Source of the DNA: Caldisericia bacterium | Lineage (GTDB): Bacteria > Caldisericota > Caldisericia > JAAYUI01 | Direction of reading: 5' to 3' | Assembly: GCA_963674785.1 (NCBI GenBank) | Contig: OY771555.1 | Coordinates: 2,169,175 to 2,233,174, forward strand | Length of the DNA stretch: 64,000 bases | Shown: positions 37,680-47,717 of the stretch, piece by piece | Position numbering within the stretch: the first letter of the stretch is position 1 | Layout of the letters: every line of letters starts with the position of its first letter | Notes under the pieces: model-generated | Database searches by the model: none | Seen by the model: the letters and a program-made list of their open reading frames with translations, nothing else | Told to the model about the DNA's origin: nothing | Program-made: the position numbers and the translations under genes

Positions 37680-38976
37680 TCGTTTCCTCCATGACTTTCA
37701 TAAAAATAGTATCTACGTATCTTAGATAATAATTCAAATCGAAAATTGAGTCCAGTTCTGGATCACTCAGTACCGATTTGACATCCTCATCATTTTTTGC
37801 CAAATCCTTAAGATTTCCTTTTCCCTTTGATGCTGGAATTGCCAGTCTTTGAACTATTTCATATGACTTACTTCTTGATAATCCTCTACCCATAAGGGAA
37901 ACTAGCAACCTACCTGAGAAAACAGCACCACCTGTGATATTGATTATCTCAAGCATTCTTTCCTTATGTACAACAAGCCCCGTTATTATCTTGTTGAGTT
38001 TTCTAAGCATGTATGACGTCAAGATTGATGAATCGGGAAGTGTTATTCTTTCAACTGACGAGTGGGAAATATCACGTTCATCCCAGAGGGCAACATTTTC
38101 AAGCCCAGTGAAAGCATTTGTTCTCAAAAGTCTTGCAAGTCCGCAAAGTTGCTCGGATGTTTTTGGATTCTTTTTATGGGGCATTGCCGAGGAGCCTGTT
38201 TGACCTTTCCCAAAAGCCTCTTCAACCTCTCCAAGCTCTGTTCGTTGGCTTGTCCTGAGTGCTGTCCCAATTCGGTCGATTGTTGCTCCAATCTGAGCAA
38301 GCGCAAGCAAGTATTCAGCATGTCTATCCCTTGAGATTACCTGGGTACTGATTGGATCAGCTTTCATACCAAGTTCATCGCACATATATCTTTCAAGGTC
38401 TGGGTGAAGGTTTGCATATGTGCCAACTGCTCCAGACATCTTGCCAACTCTGTTTACTTCTATTGCGTTTTCCAGTCTTGTAAGGTCTCTTTTGAGTTCA
38501 GCAAACCAAGAAAGAAGCCTCAAACCAAAAGTTATTGGTTCAGCGTGTATGCCATGAGTTCTTCCCATCATTGGAGTATGTTTGAATTCATATGCTCTTT
38601 TTTTGATGGTTGAAAGAACGTTTTTCAGATCATTTACGAGTATTTTCCCAGATTCCATAATCTGAAGTGATGTTGCCGTATCAAGAATATCGGATGATGT
38701 TGCACCTTTGTGAATATAACAAGCATCTTCACCAACTGTTTCACCAAGTGCTGTTATAAATGCGACGACATCATGGTCTGTTATTCTTTCAAGTTCATCG
38801 ACCCTATCGAGAGTAAAGGTTACATTTCTCTTGATTCTATCAACTGCATCGTATGGGATCTCTCCAAGTTTGCCCCAAGCAACAACAAGGGCTACCTCAA
38901 CATCCTTCATTAAATCAAATCGATGCTGTCTATCCCAAACGGCAGCCATTTCGGGGGTAGAATAACGTTTAATCAT
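37663..38976 (-). CDS. purB: Adenylosuccinate lyase
   Basis: MIKRYS, GRTHGIHAEP, GSSAMPHKKNP, ERDISHSS. Confidence 0.96.
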   Translation of the reverse strand: MIKRYSTPEMAAVWDRQHRFDLMKDVEVALVVAWGKLGEIPYDAVDRIKRNVTFTLDRVDELERITDHDVVAFITALGETVGEDACYIHKGATSSDILDTATSLQIMESGKILVNDLKNVLSTIKKRAYEFKHTPMMGRTHGIHAEPITFGLRLLSWFAELKRDLTRLENAIEVNRVGKMSGAVGTYANLHPDLERYMCDELGMKADPISTQVISRDRHAEYLLALAQIGATIDRIGTALRTSQRTELGEVEEAFGKGQTGSSAMPHKKNPKTSEQLCGLARLLRTNAFTGLENVALWDERDISHSSVERITLPDSSILTSYMLRKLNKIITGLVVHKERMLEIINITGGAVFSGRLLVSLMGRGLSRSKSYEIVQRLAIPASKGKGNLKDLAKNDEDVKSVLSDPELDSIFDLNYYLRYVDTIFMKVMEETNEEVV

Positions 38977-40250
38977 TTTTTTCTCCTGCAGGTCTGTTTT
39001 TCCTCAGGTCCAACTGAAACCATAGTTATTGGAATCCCAATAAAATCTTGGATAAAAGCAATATAATCCAAGGTTTCTTTCGGGAAATTATCAATCCAAA
39101 CCTCACTTGATAAATCGGTTTTCCATCCTTTGAAAGATTTATACTGAGGTTTTACAATCTCTAAAATACCGCTATCTGGATTGAAGTATTCAGTTTTTTC
39201 ACCATTCAATTCATATGAAGTACAAACTTTTATTTCATCAAATGTATCAAAAACATCAAGTAGAGTTAGCATAAGCTCCGTTGCACCAGAAACTCTTACT
39301 GCGTACCGAAGAGCAACAAGATCGAGCCATCCACAGTCCCTTGGTCTTCCAGTTGTTGTACCATATTCGTTTCCACGATCACGAATCTCTTGTCCAACCT
39401 CATCATCAAGTTTTGTTGGGAATGGTCCCTTTCCAACTCGGGTTTGATAAGATTTTGAAATCCCAATAATTCTGGTCAGATGAACCGGTGAAAGACCGAA
39501 AGTTGACATACCAGACGCTGGCAGACATGACGATGATGTAACATATGGATATGTTCCATGGTCAAGATCAAGAAGAATCCCCTGGTTTCCTTCAAGCAAA
39601 ATATTCTTACCCTCAGAAACCGCTTTATAAGCGATTCTTGATGTGTCTGCTAGAAGTTGTTTTATAACAGGAATTGTTTTTAAGATTGGGTCTATAACTT
39701 CATCAAGAGTCAGAGGCGCAGCTTTGTATTGTCCTTCGAAAATCTTATTTTTTCGTGTGAGATTCTTATTTAATATTCTTCGAAGTCGAGGTTCATCAAG
39801 AAGCAAACCGGCTCTAATACCAATTCTATTAATTTTGTCAGCATAACAAGGACCGATTCCACGCATCGAGGTTCCAATAGAACCTTTACCCCTTGCTTTT
39901 TCATCAAGTTTTTCCTGATACCTATGATATTCAAAAATGAGATGGGCACCCTCTGAAACAAATAGTCTTCCTTTGTAATCAATCTGTTTTGACACACCTT
40001 CTAGTTCGGTTACCAATCCAACGGGATCAAGAACCATACCAGAACCCATAAGGTTTATAACACCTTCTTTCATTATACCTGCGGGGATAACGTGAAGAGC
40101 GGTTCTAACATTATTTGAAACAATCGTGTGACCCGAATTTGGCCCACCTGCAAACCTTGCGACATAATCCATTCCATCAGAAAGAAGATGCGTGGCTTTT
40201 CCCTTCGCCTCATCCCCCCACTGAAGTCCACATACCATACTTATAGGCAT
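38973..40250 (-). CDS. purA: Adenylosuccinate synthetase
   Basis: QWGDEAKGK, GIGPCYADK, DHGTYPYVTSS, EYGTTTGRPR.CGWLD. Confidence 0.96.
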   Translation of the reverse strand: MPISMVCGLQWGDEAKGKATHLLSDGMDYVARFAGGPNSGHTIVSNNVRTALHVIPAGIMKEGVINLMGSGMVLDPVGLVTELEGVSKQIDYKGRLFVSEGAHLIFEYHRYQEKLDEKARGKGSIGTSMRGIGPCYADKINRIGIRAGLLLDEPRLRRILNKNLTRKNKIFEGQYKAAPLTLDEVIDPILKTIPVIKQLLADTSRIAYKAVSEGKNILLEGNQGILLDLDHGTYPYVTSSSCLPASGMSTFGLSPVHLTRIIGISKSYQTRVGKGPFPTKLDDEVGQEIRDRGNEYGTTTGRPRDCGWLDLVALRYAVRVSGATELMLTLLDVFDTFDEIKVCTSYELNGEKTEYFNPDSGILEIVKPQYKSFKGWKTDLSSEVWIDNFPKETLDYIAFIQDFIGIPITMVSVGPEEKQTCRRKK

Positions 40251-40328
40251 TTCAGCCTCCTTAATCGAGTGGAAGATTTTATCCTAGCAGACTCATATCT
40301 ACAAGAAATTCCATGCTTAAAAACAATA

Positions 40329-40835
40329 TCAAACACTTAATATCTCCCGTTTACAATAACAAATATCAAACCCTTCGACCTTCCACTCAGAAATATTTTT
40401 CAGCTTTCTAAAACCACTACCTTTGACCCAATCACACCTCATATGTCTAGACTCATTTTTGATATTATACCTTCTCAGATACGCAAGATATTCCTTTTCC
40501 AAAACCTTTGCAACATCAGAATCATCATACTGAATCACAACAGTATACACGGTGTTTCTTTTGTTGATGTCTGGATCAGGGAATGTCTCATCTCCATCAA
40601 ACTTTTCAATTGGAATTCCAACGATGAGCCCAACAATTTTACCCGATCTTCTGTAAGCAATTGGAATTGTTGTTGGATAATCCATATATTTTTCAAAGTT
40701 TATTATATTAAGCTTTATCTCGGTATGGGCTGGAAGAGCTAAAATAGAGTCCTTCTCTCGAATCGATGGTACTTTTATCAGATCGATTGTTTCAGATTTT
40801 CCTAAAATATTTATGACTTCTTTTGAAACTGGCAT
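40329..40835 (-). CDS. Hypothetical protein, degenerate GNAT-like fold
   Basis: IAYRRSGKIVGLIVGIP...NTVY...GFRK pattern, but no Q/RxxGxG motif. Confidence 0.45.
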   Translation of the reverse strand: MPVSKEVINILGKSETIDLIKVPSIREKDSILALPAHTEIKLNIINFEKYMDYPTTIPIAYRRSGKIVGLIVGIPIEKFDGDETFPDPDINKRNTVYTVVIQYDDSDVAKVLEKEYLAYLRRYNIKNESRHMRCDWVKGSGFRKLKNISEWKVEGFDICYCKREILSV

Positions 40836-40959
40836 ACACATACATTATACAAAATTTTTAGGCATTATCAAAAAACTTCTTCATCAACAATTGTACGGAT
40901 ACAATCATACCTATAAGATATTATTGCAAAATTATTTTTTTCTGCTAAGCTGAGTTTCT

Positions 40960-41298
40960 GTGGAAGAAAAAACAATAGGTGAAAAAATCAGAAAGCTCCG
41001 AATTGAGCTGAACTACACCCAAAAAGACATTCAAAAAGGTACTGGAATTCCCCAATCGAATCTATCTGAACTTGAACGAGGACGGTTTACCCCCCAGATA
41101 AAAACGCTTAAAAAACTCGCAGATTTCTTGGGAATCAACTTGTCATATCTACTCGATGTTGATGAAACCAGTCTTGACGATATCAAGCTTAACATCCGCA
41201 TGAACAGTGAACTCAACAACTCCAGCAAAAAAGAGATACTTGATTTCATCGACTTCGTTAAAATGCGCGAAGAGCGAGAGAAAAACAAAAGCAAATAA
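40960..41298 (+). CDS. XRE-family helix-turn-helix transcriptional regulator
   Basis: IGEKIRKLR...TQKDI..TGIPQSNLSELERG..TP...L.KLA. Confidence 0.9.
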   Translation: MEEKTIGEKIRKLRIELNYTQKDIQKGTGIPQSNLSELERGRFTPQIKTLKKLADFLGINLSYLLDVDETSLDDIKLNIRMNSELNNSSKKEILDFIDFVKMREEREKNKSK

Positions 41299-41302
41299 TA
41301 AT

Positions 41303-43147
41303 CTAACCAACAAGTATTTTTTTGACGGCTGAGACTTGTTCTTTTCTTGCAAACACTGTTGCGACATCACCTTTTTGTAAGGCAAAATCTCCAAGTGGAA
41401 TATGTGCTGTTCCGTGCCTTCTGACAAGCGCCACAATCACACCATTTGGAAGACCTATCTCTCTTAAGGTTTTCCCAAAAACAGTTGAATTGGAAAGAGT
41501 AAGCTCATCCGCAATCACATTACCATCGCTTTCACCCAAAAGACAAAATGCCGAGCTGTGATGGATTAAAGATTCAATCGTTTGGGCAGAGGAAATTGTT
41601 GGACTCATCGTTCTGATACCGAGTTTTTCGAATGCTTCCATTCTCTCAGGTTTTGAAATCATACACACAATATTTTCAATCCCACATTTTGATCTTGCAA
41701 TTTGAGCAATCATCAAATTCTTAGAATCGGATGTGGTAACCAAAATCAAATGTTTAGCATCACTCACATCAACTTTCTTTAAATCACTAAGCATCGTGGC
41801 ATCACCAAGAACAACTTCAAAACCGGCCTTTGTTGCCTCTTCAACCTTGATTGGGTCAATATCTATCATCACAACCCGGTCACCTCTTTTTTCGAGAATA
41901 CCGGCAAGCTCAATCCCTATTGCATTTGCACCAACAATAATTATTTTCATAGGTACAACCTCCAACTTTCTGGCAAGGGGTTTTGCCATAAAGGAAACAA
42001 AAGTAACACTCACAATAATAACGATGAAAACAAGCGCTTTTATCATTGTCCCATCTTGTGGATAAGCATCTGCAAGTTGAACTGCAGCAAGAGAGGCAAC
42101 AGATGCAGCGACAATTCCACGAGGTCCAGTTAGTGAAAGATAAAGCTTTTCTTTTGCGGTCAACACTAAACCCATCGTTGAAGTAAAAACCATAAGCGGT
42201 CTTACAAAAACAATAACACCAAGGGCAAAAACGACACCTAACCATCCATTAGAGGTTAGTGTCTGAAGGTCAATTGTTGCAGCAAGAATAACAAAAACCA
42301 TTGAGATGGCCAACGTTACAATCTCCCCCTTGAACTCGAGACAGGCTTTTCGTTCCTTATACTTCATGTTGCCCATCACAAGACCTGCAACAGCTGCACT
42401 TATGATTCCACTTTCAGGCAAGTTAAATAAAATCTCTGGGATCATATAGGCAAGAAGCGCAGTGCCAAAAGTGACAGCGACAGCAGGAGCTGTTTCTTTC
42501 AAATTGGCAAGTTTGATGGTTGTAACAGCTCCCCATCCAATAATAAACCCAGAGAAAGAACCAACAAAAATCCTTTCTACAAGATGCCACAGAATCTCTG
42601 ATGTTGAACCGTGAGACAGAATAAGTTCTAAAACCAGAATGGAGATAACCGCACCAACAACGTCTGCAAGTATCCCCTCTGCAGAAAGAATTTTCTCAAT
42701 AGAAGGTCTTACATCGACCCTTTTGAAAAGTGGTGTGATAACAGTTGGGCCAGTTACAGAAAGAATTGCACCGATGAGAACCGCTGGAAGCCAGTCGATT
42801 CCAAATAGTAGCCTTGCTAAAACTGCGGTCAGAACAATAGTTATTGGCATCCCAAAGATGATCAGATTTGTTACAGGCTTGCTCGTGGCTCGAAGTTTAT
42901 CAAGATTAAGGGCCATTGCTCCTTCAAAGATTATCAACCCAACAATTGGTCCAATAATTGATGCAGAAAAAGTATTTAATCTACTAGTTGATATTAGCCC
43001 AAGACCAGATTCACCAAAGATAAGTCCAGCAGAAATTCCAATTACCAAATAAAATAAGATTGAAGGTAGCTTCAGTTTCGACGAAGCAAGAATTCCAGCT
43101 GCTCCAAGAGCAAATGCAATTGCTATGATTAATACATCCGGACTCAT
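41303..43147 (-). CDS. CPA1 (NhaP-type) cation:proton antiporter with TrkA-N/TrkA-C domains
   Basis: ~12 TM, VTGPTVI, EGILAD, GPRGIVAASVA, IIIVGAN.IG RCK domain. Confidence 0.88.
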   Translation of the reverse strand: MSPDVLIIAIAFALGAAGILASSKLKLPSILFYLVIGISAGLIFGESGLGLISTSRLNTFSASIIGPIVGLIIFEGAMALNLDKLRATSKPVTNLIIFGMPITIVLTAVLARLLFGIDWLPAVLIGAILSVTGPTVITPLFKRVDVRPSIEKILSAEGILADVVGAVISILVLELILSHGSTSEILWHLVERIFVGSFSGFIIGWGAVTTIKLANLKETAPAVAVTFGTALLAYMIPEILFNLPESGIISAAVAGLVMGNMKYKERKACLEFKGEIVTLAISMVFVILAATIDLQTLTSNGWLGVVFALGVIVFVRPLMVFTSTMGLVLTAKEKLYLSLTGPRGIVAASVASLAAVQLADAYPQDGTMIKALVFIVIIVSVTFVSFMAKPLARKLEVVPMKIIIVGANAIGIELAGILEKRGDRVVMIDIDPIKVEEATKAGFEVVLGDATMLSDLKKVDVSDAKHLILVTTSDSKNLMIAQIARSKCGIENIVCMISKPERMEAFEKLGIRTMSPTISSAQTIESLIHHSSAFCLLGESDGNVIADELTLSNSTVFGKTLREIGLPNGVIVALVRRHGTAHIPLGDFALQKGDVATVFARKEQVSAVKKILVG

Positions 43148-43224
43148 ATCAACAGTTTAATAGGAAAAGTTCAAAAACGAAAGAGTTTTTTGACTTAAAT
43201 CAGAAAATGTACTACAATTAATAT

Positions 43225-44076
43225 GTGCGAAATCAGCATTATGAGAAAAAAATACAGAAGATGAATGTCGATCATACGAGCTTTCCTGTGTATGTGACAT
43301 TTGCCACATTGTATTATTCAGCCTTTATTTTTGTTGCATCTTCTATAGTTTACATATACTCCAATATCCTCAATATCACTGGTTCTGTTTCTTATCTTTT
43401 ACAAGCAAATGGAAATATTTTCCTCGTCGACCACCTCGCGACTGTTTTTAAGATTTCAACATCTGCCCCAAAAAGCGCACAAAACATCATTTTGATGTTT
43501 ATCTTTTTGGTATCAATGTTAATTGTTTTAGCATTGATCGAATCTGGATTTTATGGCTTTGTTCTTTCTGCTTCTGGAGAAGCTAATGATTCTTTTTTAG
43601 ATTCGATAAAAAAATACTGGAAAAAAATTCTTCTTTTCTTGATTTGTTTATCCCCGGTTTTCATTCTCTCAGGGCTTTCTGGATTCTTCGTTGAATTCTT
43701 ATTACTGAAAACTGGATTATCTTCGATTCTAGCCAAAGTTATCTCATACATCCTTATGTCATCTCTACTCATTCCTTTTATCCCGGCAAGATTTTACTAC
43801 TTAAACGGAAGCAGCTTCAGAGAGTCAATAATCTTTTCTCTCGAAAATTTCTCGAAGTACGTCACATCAACATTTCCAATAATAATACCGGTAGGAGTCC
43901 TTGTTTTGATTATTTCAAACACTATTAGCTCAAACCCAAACTCTGTTCTAACAATTATCTCATATTCTCCAGTTATAGTTATTCTTGGAATTGTTTCATG
44001 GTTTTTCTATGCAATTTCGATTTCAAAGGTTGCAAAAAAATATATAGAACTTAATAAAGGAGGAGACTTTGACTAA
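43225..44076 (+). CDS. Hypothetical multi-pass membrane protein
   Basis: About 6 hydrophobic segments; promoter TTGACT-N17-TACAAT directly upstream. Confidence 0.6.
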   Translation: MRNQHYEKKIQKMNVDHTSFPVYVTFATLYYSAFIFVASSIVYIYSNILNITGSVSYLLQANGNIFLVDHLATVFKISTSAPKSAQNIILMFIFLVSMLIVLALIESGFYGFVLSASGEANDSFLDSIKKYWKKILLFLICLSPVFILSGLSGFFVEFLLLKTGLSSILAKVISYILMSSLLIPFIPARFYYLNGSSFRESIIFSLENFSKYVTSTFPIIIPVGVLVLIISNTISSNPNSVLTIISYSPVIVILGIVSWFFYAISISKVAKKYIELNKGGDFD

Positions 44077-44956
44077 TTTTTGGAATAGAACAATTCATCG
44101 TATGATCCCCAGACATGGTGCCGGATTGTTTGGCATCGGAGCAGCTTTTTCTGCATCATTATACCTTTCAGTTTTAGTTACAGAAATTGTATCGCTTACA
44201 TACATATCAAGCACAAATGCATCATTTACAAGCAAAATAATTGACTTTATCAATATGCCTTCAACAGAAAATATTACAGCTATTATTATTTTTTCATTCA
44301 TTTGGATTTTTCTTGGAGCAATTGCCTGCGCAGGCGGAAGCAGATATCTAATCGGATGTGTCGACCCCAAACATATCGCTCAAAGAACATTCTTCAATGG
44401 AATCAAATACTACTCTATAAAGATGATCACATACACAGCATTCCTTGTTGCTGGCGGGTTAATATCATTAGTGCTACTTTGGTTTATTGTTTCCCTGAGT
44501 TCTGGCTTCACAGGATCAATCGCCGCAACATATTCAGTATTATCAATCATCGCCTATCTTATAGTCATCTCTCTGTTTTGGTCAAAGCTCTCTTACATTC
44601 CATATTTTATCCTTGCAAACAACGGGCTTTTTACATCTATTGCCAAATCATGGACTGCGACCAAAAGAAGGTTTTGGGCAATCTGGGTACTTAGAGTATT
44701 GATGGTAATTTTCGTGACAATCCCCGTTTTGATAAAATATATCGCAAGTCCAGCTTCTCAGGTTCCATCGCTTTCAGTTTGGCCATTTGTCGCACTAATT
44801 ACATTTGGTTATGTTGAGCTCATTGTCGTCAGGGGATATCAAGAATGGCAAGAAAAGAAGAATCTTCCAGTCGTTGCAGGAAAGTTTGCCGACAAGGATA
44901 TGAAACAACTCGACATTTACAATAACCAATCAGGTCCAAGCAGTATGGAGTTTTAA
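44069..44956 (+). CDS. Hypothetical multi-pass membrane protein (GDPD membrane-domain-like)
   Basis: About 6 TM; SIAKSW.ATKRRFW motif; SD AGGAG before TTG. Confidence 0.6.
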   Translation: MTNFWNRTIHRMIPRHGAGLFGIGAAFSASLYLSVLVTEIVSLTYISSTNASFTSKIIDFINMPSTENITAIIIFSFIWIFLGAIACAGGSRYLIGCVDPKHIAQRTFFNGIKYYSIKMITYTAFLVAGGLISLVLLWFIVSLSSGFTGSIAATYSVLSIIAYLIVISLFWSKLSYIPYFILANNGLFTSIAKSWTATKRRFWAIWVLRVLMVIFVTIPVLIKYIASPASQVPSLSVWPFVALITFGYVELIVVRGYQEWQEKKNLPVVAGKFADKDMKQLDIYNNQSGPSSMEF

Positions 44957-45012
44957 TCAAAGAAACCTCAATAACCTTGAGAACTTAGGGTTTCACACTA
45001 AAATCTAGTCCG

Positions 45013-45489
45013 ATGCGGAAAGTTGTTCTCGTTTTTTTTATTATTGTCACATCTATGTCGGTTGGATGTGGTGATGGTAGTGATTGGAATCGTTTTGAGA
45101 ACGACCTTTTTTCGTTAATAGTGCCAACCCATTCTGAGGAAATCATTAACAAGTCTAGTGTCGAGTTTGTTTCCGAATATGGCAGAATAAGCATCTACTG
45201 GAATTTTGACCAGTTCTCCGTTGCAAACGTTCCTGCAAAGGAATCAGGGAAATCTAATCCCGGTGAACAAATCATCGAGTCTACAACTGCAACCTTGGGT
45301 TATAGAAAAATATGGTGGAACAAAACTCGTGAGAACAATTTAATAACAATTAGGATGGTAGTTCCACTTGATCTGGGGACTGTTCGAATCACTGGGAAAA
45401 CCAATGATGAGAATCTGGAAACAATTGAGAAATCGATAAGGAGTATTGTAATTGAAAACGAGAATTATTTCTTTGATTCTGGTAGTTAG
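45013..45489 (+). CDS. Lipoprotein, PsbP/DcrB-like family member
   Basis: Lipobox SVGC; FENDLFSLIVP, VVPLDLG, SIRSIVIENENYF. Confidence 0.62.
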   Translation: MRKVVLVFFIIVTSMSVGCGDGSDWNRFENDLFSLIVPTHSEEIINKSSVEFVSEYGRISIYWNFDQFSVANVPAKESGKSNPGEQIIESTTATLGYRKIWWNKTRENNLITIRMVVPLDLGTVRITGKTNDENLETIEKSIRSIVIENENYFFDSGS

Positions 45490-46051
45490 CTTAATTATTG
45501 CAGCTGGATGCGGTGAGATACAGAATAAAGCTGAAGTATACAAATACGAGGGACCATTTTACTCTCTAACATTGAAAAAGTCCTGGCACATGTTTGATTT
45601 TGGTGGGGATGACTTAAAAATACAGGGGTATTACAGATACGTCACATTCAGCAAAAGGCCATTAAACCTAAAATCAACAAATGACATAAATGATCTTGAG
45701 TATGCTCTGACTTGTGCATGCGTTTATGACTCATCCATGAAGGCAGGTGATTTTAGTTCGCTGATCATTCCAGGAGAGATTCCAGGAGTCAAGGTTGTAA
45801 AGAAGGAAAAATTTGAAGTAAATGGCATCACAGGAAGGTGGCTGGAATCAGAAGTCCAATTCGAAGGAAATACAAATAGTGCTATCCTTATAGATATTCC
45901 AATCGAAAAGGGCTACATACAGATTGATTTCTTTGGACCTGCTGCCGATGAAGAACTCCAAAAAGAAGCCAGAGAAATAATAAAATCACTTGAAATCCCA
46001 AATCCTGATTACTTCATTGAGAATCAGCAGGATGAACCTTGGAGGAGATGA
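45452..46051 (+). CDS. Lipoprotein, PsbP/DcrB-like family member
   Basis: Lipobox AAGC; YEGPFYSLTLKKSW, DIPIEKG, AREIIKSLEIPNPDYF. Confidence 0.62.
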   Translation: MKTRIISLILVVSLIIAAGCGEIQNKAEVYKYEGPFYSLTLKKSWHMFDFGGDDLKIQGYYRYVTFSKRPLNLKSTNDINDLEYALTCACVYDSSMKAGDFSSLIIPGEIPGVKVVKKEKFEVNGITGRWLESEVQFEGNTNSAILIDIPIEKGYIQIDFFGPAADEELQKEAREIIKSLEIPNPDYFIENQQDEPWRR

Positions 46052-47001
46052 TGAGCGCAATAATTGCATACCCAATGCCCGATGCCATGATTATTGGATT
46101 TTTTGACGATAATATAAAAGATGTCAAATACATAACGATCGATTACCCAGATTCCGCTGACAACTTCGATGATACCATCAAAGAGATTTCATCGGAGATG
46201 AATATTCCTGAGTTTGATATCGGAATTGCGTGTCTTGGTATGACAAAGAAAACATCCGAGCCATTTTTAGATCTGACTGATGAGCTTGCAAATTCATTGA
46301 AAGACAATGAATTTGGACATGACAATGCAAACCTGACAGGGGTTTTCATTCATGCCATCAAACCGAAAAAGGCAATCCTTGCATATCCACACACCTTCGA
46401 TTGCCTTTCAGATACTGCAAAGCTTTCAGGCACCCCAAAGATCGAGCGAAGGATGGTCGCAAGAACTCTAGACCATCTCATTGCAGGGGATGAAAAAAAA
46501 ACCGTAACTGTATATCTTGCTGAGGATGAGATCTCTGTTTGTGCACAGGATAATGGAAAAGTCATCGATATTACAAATTCCTACGATGGCGAAGGACCAA
46601 TGACTCCTACAAGAACAGGTTTCTTTCAACAAAGATGCCCATATAAAATGGCACTTTCTGGCAAATTCTCAAAAGAAGAGATGCTTGAAAAGATCAGAAG
46701 CAAAGGTGGCTTGTACGCTCATCTTGGAACATCAGACATCGATGAAGTCTTCAAAATGATCGATAACGGAAACGAAAAGGCAAAACTTGTGTATGATGCA
46801 ATGATCTACACCATACACAAAGAAGTTGGAAGAAAAATCTCAACACTTTGTGGAACAGAAGAAATAATCCTTACAGGCCCATTGGCTTTTAATGAAAGAT
46901 TCTTTAATGATTTGGAGAAGAAACTCTCAAGCTCAGGGAAAGTTGTTTTGAGTAAAGATAACTGTGTTGGGGAATTTTTTCAGAAGAAAGGTATAATATA
47001 A
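46048..47001 (+). CDS. Butyrate kinase-like protein with degenerate catalytic motifs
   Basis: SG.P.IERR, G.VID..N..DGEGP.TP.RTG, GGL.AHLGT.D, A.LVYDAMIY..KE.G, IILTG. Confidence 0.78.
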   Translation: MMSAIIAYPMPDAMIIGFFDDNIKDVKYITIDYPDSADNFDDTIKEISSEMNIPEFDIGIACLGMTKKTSEPFLDLTDELANSLKDNEFGHDNANLTGVFIHAIKPKKAILAYPHTFDCLSDTAKLSGTPKIERRMVARTLDHLIAGDEKKTVTVYLAEDEISVCAQDNGKVIDITNSYDGEGPMTPTRTGFFQQRCPYKMALSGKFSKEEMLEKIRSKGGLYAHLGTSDIDEVFKMIDNGNEKAKLVYDAMIYTIHKEVGRKISTLCGTEEIILTGPLAFNERFFNDLEKKLSSSGKVVLSKDNCVGEFFQKKGII

Positions 47002-47007
47002 AAAATA

Positions 47008-47712
47008 ATGAAACCTAGAATTACCATATTTGCGGGACCTGTTGGTGCAGGAAAAACAGAAATATCTATAAACTATGCTCTGAACCTAAAACAAAATAAT
47101 ACTCCCGTTGCACTTCTTGACTACGATGTCGTAAAACCCTATATCAGGGTTCGAAATAGCGCAGACATTCTAAGGGAAAACGGACTTGAAGTACTGATGC
47201 CAGAGGGTGAGGTAGCATTTGCTGATATGCCAATCGTCCCACCAAGGATATACTCATGGATCGCTGACACATCAAAACACCTGGTCATTGATGTTGGTGG
47301 CGACAAACAAGGTGCAACAGCTCTTGGTCAAATTATCCCTAGGCTTAAGAAAGATGAGTACGAATTCTGCCTTGTTATCAATCCATACAGACCATTCACA
47401 AGCACAATAGAAGGTATCAAACAACTTGCCTCGGAAGTAGCATTTGGTGCTCATGCAAGATTCACATCAATTGTCGGAAACCCCCACATAAAATCAATGA
47501 CCACGTTTGAAGATTATAAAAAAGGGTTTGAGCTTATTAAGCAGGCATCAATAGAAATGAATCTGCCAATTAAATTCATGGCAGTTTCAAACGCTCTTTA
47601 TAGCAAAGCAAAAAGTGACGGGATTGACGAATCATTCCTGCCACTGCAATTCTTCGTTACGTATCCATGGGAAGATCGAAGAGACAAGATCAGCTGGATA
47701 TATAAGCGATAA
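47008..47712 (+). CDS. Uncharacterised P-loop NTPase (CobQ/MinD/ParA-like)
   Basis: GPVGAGKTEISINYA, DYDVVKPY.R.R, DVGGD..GA..LG, INPYRPFT. Confidence 0.78.
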   Translation: MKPRITIFAGPVGAGKTEISINYALNLKQNNTPVALLDYDVVKPYIRVRNSADILRENGLEVLMPEGEVAFADMPIVPPRIYSWIADTSKHLVIDVGGDKQGATALGQIIPRLKKDEYEFCLVINPYRPFTSTIEGIKQLASEVAFGAHARFTSIVGNPHIKSMTTFEDYKKGFELIKQASIEMNLPIKFMAVSNALYSKAKSDGIDESFLPLQFFVTYPWEDRRDKISWIYKR

Positions 47713-47717
47713 GAGGG

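Noticed and set aside
40251-40328. Purine/ZTP riboswitch upstream of purA
   Set aside because: The 78-nt region shows no aptamer consensus or terminator.
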